Shown: in pieces, positions 60,938 through 64,000 of the stretch
Position numbering within the stretch: position 1 is the first letter of the stretch
How the letters are laid out: each line of letters begins with the position of its first letter
NCBI GenBank assembly: GCA_965243205.1
Contig: CBDEUK010000002.1
Span: forward strand, 1,235,689 to 1,299,688
Direction of reading: 5' to 3'
DNA from: Gammaproteobacteria bacterium
GTDB lineage: Bacteria > Pseudomonadota > Gammaproteobacteria > Eutrophobiales > Eutrophobiaceae
DNA length: 64,000 nucleotides
Translations under genes and position numbers: made by a program
The notes under the pieces: model-generated
Databases searched by the model: none
What the model was told of the DNA's origin: nothing
What the model saw: only the letters and a program-made list of their open reading frames with translations

Positions 60938-61447
60938 TTATAGGCAAGCCATTTCTGTCAAGAATGTCTTTTCAGGATCAATAATTACATTACCTGAAAG
61001 AAAGCGCCTTCCTAATAATATAGGGTAAATAAATTCTGAGCGATCAACCAAATTAAATTGTGTTTCTATTATTTTATTATTGAAACAAATATTTAAATTC
61101 ACAACAAAACGATGATCGTAATTACCATCGTGATTTTTGATTTTCACATCTCTAACTAAAGGCTTTTCCATAAGAAACAAATTCTTCTTATTTTTATTTT
61201 CCGGCAAAATTATTTGAAATCTTACCCAATCTTCACCATTGTTATCAAATCGTTCAATATCGGTGGCATTAATTGAAGAAGTTTTTGCACCTGTATCCAG
61301 TTTTGCTTTTATATTCAGAGGAATATTTTCAACTTTTATATTCTCAACCCACCCTGATATCACTTTATTTTTTTCAGAATCTGCTAAGATTTGAGGTGTG
61401 ATAACAAGCAGTAAAAATATTTTTAATAGATACATTTTAGAAATCAT
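60938..61447 (-). CDS. Secreted retropepsin-like aspartic protease (Zn_protease/RimB-like family)
   Basis: Signal peptide, the aspartic-protease catalytic triad motif DTGA (AKLDTGAKTSS) and a C-terminal ILLGRRFL flap-like motif; 169 aa. Confidence 0.65.
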   Translation of the reverse strand: MISKMYLLKIFLLLVITPQILADSEKNKVISGWVENIKVENIPLNIKAKLDTGAKTSSINATDIERFDNNGEDWVRFQIILPENKNKKNLFLMEKPLVRDVKIKNHDGNYDHRFVVNLNICFNNKIIETQFNLVDRSEFIYPILLGRRFLSGNVIIDPEKTFLTEMACL

Positions 61448-61583
61448 CTGTAAATTAAATATTAAGACCTATGATACTGATATATGTCACAGCTAAATAA
61501 ATCAATATTCAATACTTGAGAGATAGTTAACAATAAACTACTAGTTTAGAGATGATATAGAAGTGAATATTTCCTGTTTTTAA

Positions 61584-61856
61584 CTATCCACCCTCAATTG
61601 CAGGAACTAAATCTAATACATCGTTTATTCGTACTAAATTTTGGAAATCATGTTCGCGAATTTGATCGTTATTGTGAAAAAATAAAAGCTGTGGATTTAA
61701 CTTCTTATGCTCTTTCCAAATAAGTTCTTTTAATTCGGGATATAAATTTGCACCATAATGCAGACAATCTTCAATTGTATTGCCCATTAATTCAATATGT
61801 AATTTTTGGTTAATTTCTCTCATCAAAGATGGAGAAAGTCGTAACGTTAAGCGCAT
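61584..61856 (-). CDS. MoaD/ThiS-like ubiquitin-fold sulfur-carrier protein
   Basis: 90 aa with a C-terminal -GG, immediately downstream of the AOR gene with a 10-nt overlap. Confidence 0.5.
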   Translation of the reverse strand: MRLTLRLSPSLMREINQKLHIELMGNTIEDCLHYGANLYPELKELIWKEHKKLNPQLLFFHNNDQIREHDFQNLVRINDVLDLVPAIEGG

Positions 61857-63679
61857 AGTTGTTCTATCTCTGCATCAAATTTTTCAAAAACTCTTTGTTT
61901 CAATTCTTTTTGATATTCTGATGTCACAAATAGTTCGGTTTTAATTTTATCATTCGGATTGTCAAATATATCGGCTGGCAAGGTATAATCTGAATCTTCA
62001 AATCCTTGTTTTTTCTCTAACCATAATCCTCGGATAAATGAATTTCTGACAGCCGTGCGGAGTTCTTCTTCTGTTATTTTTAAATTGGTTAAATGCTCAA
62101 TGGCATCAATTAATGTCGCGTTATCCAAATTTGCAAACTTACAAATACCGGTTAAATCATCACGCACCATATATAAACCTTTATCAACGATCTTACTTAC
62201 CCAGTAATCCATTGAGGTATCTCCATCAGACGCCAAGATACTATAGGTTTGCATACTCATGTGCCCGCCAGCAATCGCCCAGATATATCCAGGATTGGTT
62301 TCAGGAAGATATGCCGGTAACTCCAAACCTTTTACATGCATAGCATATCCAGGTTGTTTACATTCTTCAGATAAGCGCTTTGAACCTTGTCCTAAAGTTC
62401 TACATTTTCCACTACCTGTATCGACTACTAATTGCCGAATGGCTTCAAAGTCACCAAATTGAACATTATTAAGAATAGTATTGCCTGGATTGCGTTCGTT
62501 GTAATCTAATGCATACGAAATCGTGGCACCGAGCGAAATTGAATCCATACCATAGCGATCGCATAAACCAACTAACTCAGCAGCTTGTCCTCCATCATGG
62601 ATACCTAAATTGGTTGATAAAAGATTTAATGGTTCGTAATCAAACTTAGCCAAAAACTTTCCACGATTCCCTTCTTCATCTTTTTCATAAATATTTTTAT
62701 GGCAAGCAATAGCACAGCGAAAACAATTTTCAGCTTTAACTATAAAATCTTTTTCAACGTTATCACGAAATAATTTATCTGGGTTACCTGTTGCTTTAGG
62801 ACGGAAATTATTTTCTGGGACAATGTGTAATTTTTCCATCGGCACATAATTAGACCAGGTACCACCTAAGCCACCTTTCTTAGGTTCGCGATACTTACGT
62901 GAACCAGGACCACTGGAAATGTATTTATTCCATTCTCTAATTTCTGGTGATAATTTTTCTTTTACATCACGTGAGTCAGCAATAATCCCTAGTAAATTTT
63001 TTGAACCCATTACTGAGCCCATACCCGCACGGCCAGCCCAACGACATTTATCATCACCGGATTTCAGTAAGTTTTCAGTACTGCATCCTACTGCACCATA
63101 AAAGCAATTCTCATAGTTCTCACCTGCAGGACCAATCATAGCGAAATGACTATCAGGGTAATCTTCTTTCAATTCGATAATTTTATCGTGACTACTTTTA
63201 CCCAATAAATGTTCTGCTGACTTTAATTGAATTTCAGGCCCTTGTTCCGTTTCCTGAACATGTAAAACAACAGGTTGTGCAGAACGCCCCGTAAAAACAA
63301 TCTCATCGATTCCTGTCCAACGTAATTTAGTACCAAACTTTCCACTGGCTGCCGACCACATAACACCTGGTAATCCTTTATTGGAAACTTTTAATGGGCT
63401 ATAACTGGAAAAATAGGTTCTGAGTCCTGTCATGATCGGAGTTCCCGTCAACAAACCAGTACTGACAACCAAAGGATTTTCCGGACTATATGGATCTGTA
63501 ATCGATTCTTTGCCTAAAATTTTATAAGCGCGTGCATAACCACCCAGTACATCTTCTAGGGTTTCACAATGGATAGTCTCGATGTTTATCGTCGCATTCG
63601 ACAAATCGACAGTGCAGCGTTGGTAACTGACTGTACTAGGGTCAAAATGTGTTAAAGCTTCTGTTTTACTCATAGCCAA
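61847..63679 (-). CDS. Aldehyde:ferredoxin oxidoreductase (AOR) family tungsto/molybdopterin enzyme
   Basis: AOR N-terminal domain (…VDLSNATINIETIH…GGYARAYKILGK…) and AOR catalytic domains with conserved Cys; 610 aa. Confidence 0.85.
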   Translation of the reverse strand: MAMSKTEALTHFDPSTVSYQRCTVDLSNATINIETIHCETLEDVLGGYARAYKILGKESITDPYSPENPLVVSTGLLTGTPIMTGLRTYFSSYSPLKVSNKGLPGVMWSAASGKFGTKLRWTGIDEIVFTGRSAQPVVLHVQETEQGPEIQLKSAEHLLGKSSHDKIIELKEDYPDSHFAMIGPAGENYENCFYGAVGCSTENLLKSGDDKCRWAGRAGMGSVMGSKNLLGIIADSRDVKEKLSPEIREWNKYISSGPGSRKYREPKKGGLGGTWSNYVPMEKLHIVPENNFRPKATGNPDKLFRDNVEKDFIVKAENCFRCAIACHKNIYEKDEEGNRGKFLAKFDYEPLNLLSTNLGIHDGGQAAELVGLCDRYGMDSISLGATISYALDYNERNPGNTILNNVQFGDFEAIRQLVVDTGSGKCRTLGQGSKRLSEECKQPGYAMHVKGLELPAYLPETNPGYIWAIAGGHMSMQTYSILASDGDTSMDYWVSKIVDKGLYMVRDDLTGICKFANLDNATLIDAIEHLTNLKITEEELRTAVRNSFIRGLWLEKKQGFEDSDYTLPADIFDNPNDKIKTELFVTSEYQKELKQRVFEKFDAEIEQLCA

Positions 63680-64000
63680 ATTAATAACAATAAAAGTCCT
63701 ACCAGCCGTATAACGGCAAGTTATAAATATGATTGATTTACTTAGATATCGACGTTTTAAGTCAGGTTTTTAACCAGACGCGCAACTCAGAAATTTCCGC
63801 CCTCTGGCAGGAAGATGCGAGATAATATCTTAGTCTATGTGCGATTGCATAATAATTTTCATGTATATCGTTATAATCAACGAAATACATGTGCTTTGTC
63901 ATAGTTTTTTAAAATATTACGGTTTTAGTAAGAAATCGCCAATATATTATTTTCATTTAAAATCAATGAGTTAAACATTTATTACAATAGAATAGTCATA

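Noticed and set aside
63805-63820. Sigma54-like TGGCAG-N5-TGCGA element on the plus strand
   Set aside because: The GG to GC spacing is one nucleotide shorter than the canonical -24/-12 arrangement, no downstream plus-strand gene lies within the window, and the upstream gene (AOR) is on the opposite strand.
1-64000. Mobile elements, prophage, CRISPR, tRNA or rRNA
   Set aside because: I found no transposase or integrase-like ORFs, no repeat-spacer arrays, and no tRNA-like or rRNA-like segments when scanning intergenic regions by eye.

Overview
This is a chromosomal segment of an AT-rich (roughly 37-40% GC by eye) gammaproteobacterium, probably marine. It carries about 65 tightly packed genes and no rRNA, tRNA, CRISPR array or transposase.

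Recognisable genes include the 3' end of ssb, a very large PAS-rich GGDEF-EAL signalling protein, cysI plus a DUF934 partner, zapE, rmuC, oxyR, a DegP/DegQ-like protease, coq7, rplM-rpsI, a yaiI homologue, a yadGH-like ABC-2 exporter, htpX, bcp, greB, a lemA-DUF2207 pair, uup, lipA-lipB-ybeD, two photolyase/cryptochrome-family genes and an aldehyde:ferredoxin oxidoreductase (AOR) family enzyme.

The regions I would look at first are:
- a PlcP-like phosphoesterase / GT4 glycosyltransferase / OlsF-like bifunctional acyltransferase operon (21847-25535) that looks like a phosphorus-free membrane-lipid remodelling module;
- a three-gene cassette (58438-61447) with an ATP-grasp ligase, an inactive transglutaminase fused to 7 transmembrane helices (7TM), and a secreted retropepsin-like protease, which is only computationally predicted in the literature;
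- a 1250-aa single-polypeptide flavoprotein/iron-sulfur oxidoreductase that fuses a GltD/NfnB-like module to a PyrK/NfnA-like module, lying next to MOSC, MoaD-like and AOR genes;
- an FeS-BCP (6-4)-type photolyase, an unannotated DUF2256 micro-ORF and a CPD-type photolyase forming one operon behind a 13-bp perfect inverted-repeat operator;
- a free-standing 84-aa protein resembling the conserved tip of a methyl-accepting chemotaxis protein (MCP) signalling domain;
- a block of small secreted proteins and hydrolases (40.8-45.9 kb) separated by GC-rich REP-like hairpins and a duplicated roughly 20-bp element.

Smaller items are an in-frame TAG at codon 2 of yaiI, an apparent frameshift in the DUF2207 signal peptide, tandem and inverted repeats in several promoter regions, and a Shine-Dalgarno-sequestering leader ahead of a thiamine pyrophosphate (TPP) enzyme gene.
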